Of a stretch of DNA of 64,000 bases, positions 63,938 to 64,000 are shown piece by piece. The stretch is from Antedon mediterranea (taxonomy: Eukaryota > Animalia > Echinodermata), in contig NC_092674.1 in the NCBI RefSeq assembly GCF_964355755.1, positions 6,696,001 through 6,760,000 on the forward strand, in the 5' to 3' direction. Under the pieces are notes generated by a model, which searched no databases, was not told the DNA's origin, and saw only the letters and a program-made list of their open reading frames with translations. The first letter of the stretch is position 1. Each line of letters starts with the position of its first letter. A program made the translations under genes and the position numbers.

Positions 63938-64000
63938 CTTTGGAGAAAAAAAACGAGAGAAAAATACAAATGTTTAGTTATTATATTACTGAGACAAATC

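Overview
AT-rich, intron-containing eukaryotic DNA. The repeat repertoire suggests a marine invertebrate, possibly an echinoderm (inference only). The ORF track misses most of the main genes, which I rebuilt by hand from splice sites. There are two tandem minus-strand TNF-receptor-superfamily genes of the EDAR/EDA2R/TNFRSF19 type, both with death domains. Gene 1 (28805-34902) is complete: 9 coding exons, 423 aa, with signal peptide, cysteine-rich domains, S/T stalk, TM, death domain and a C-terminal ETAV. Gene 2 (62069-63937, 5' part beyond the window) has identical intron phases and ends in TTCV. Between them lie a duplicated promoter plus orphan exon 1 with NF-kB and E-box motifs, a FLYWCH-bearing MULE, and a 9.3-kb nested stack (MULE containing an Academ that contains a LINE, plus a second MULE copy containing a 33-bp micro-element). 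The first 28 kb is mostly repeats: satellites, MITEs, a Sola3-like element, 5S- and tRNA-derived SINE heads and a near-perfect palindrome.
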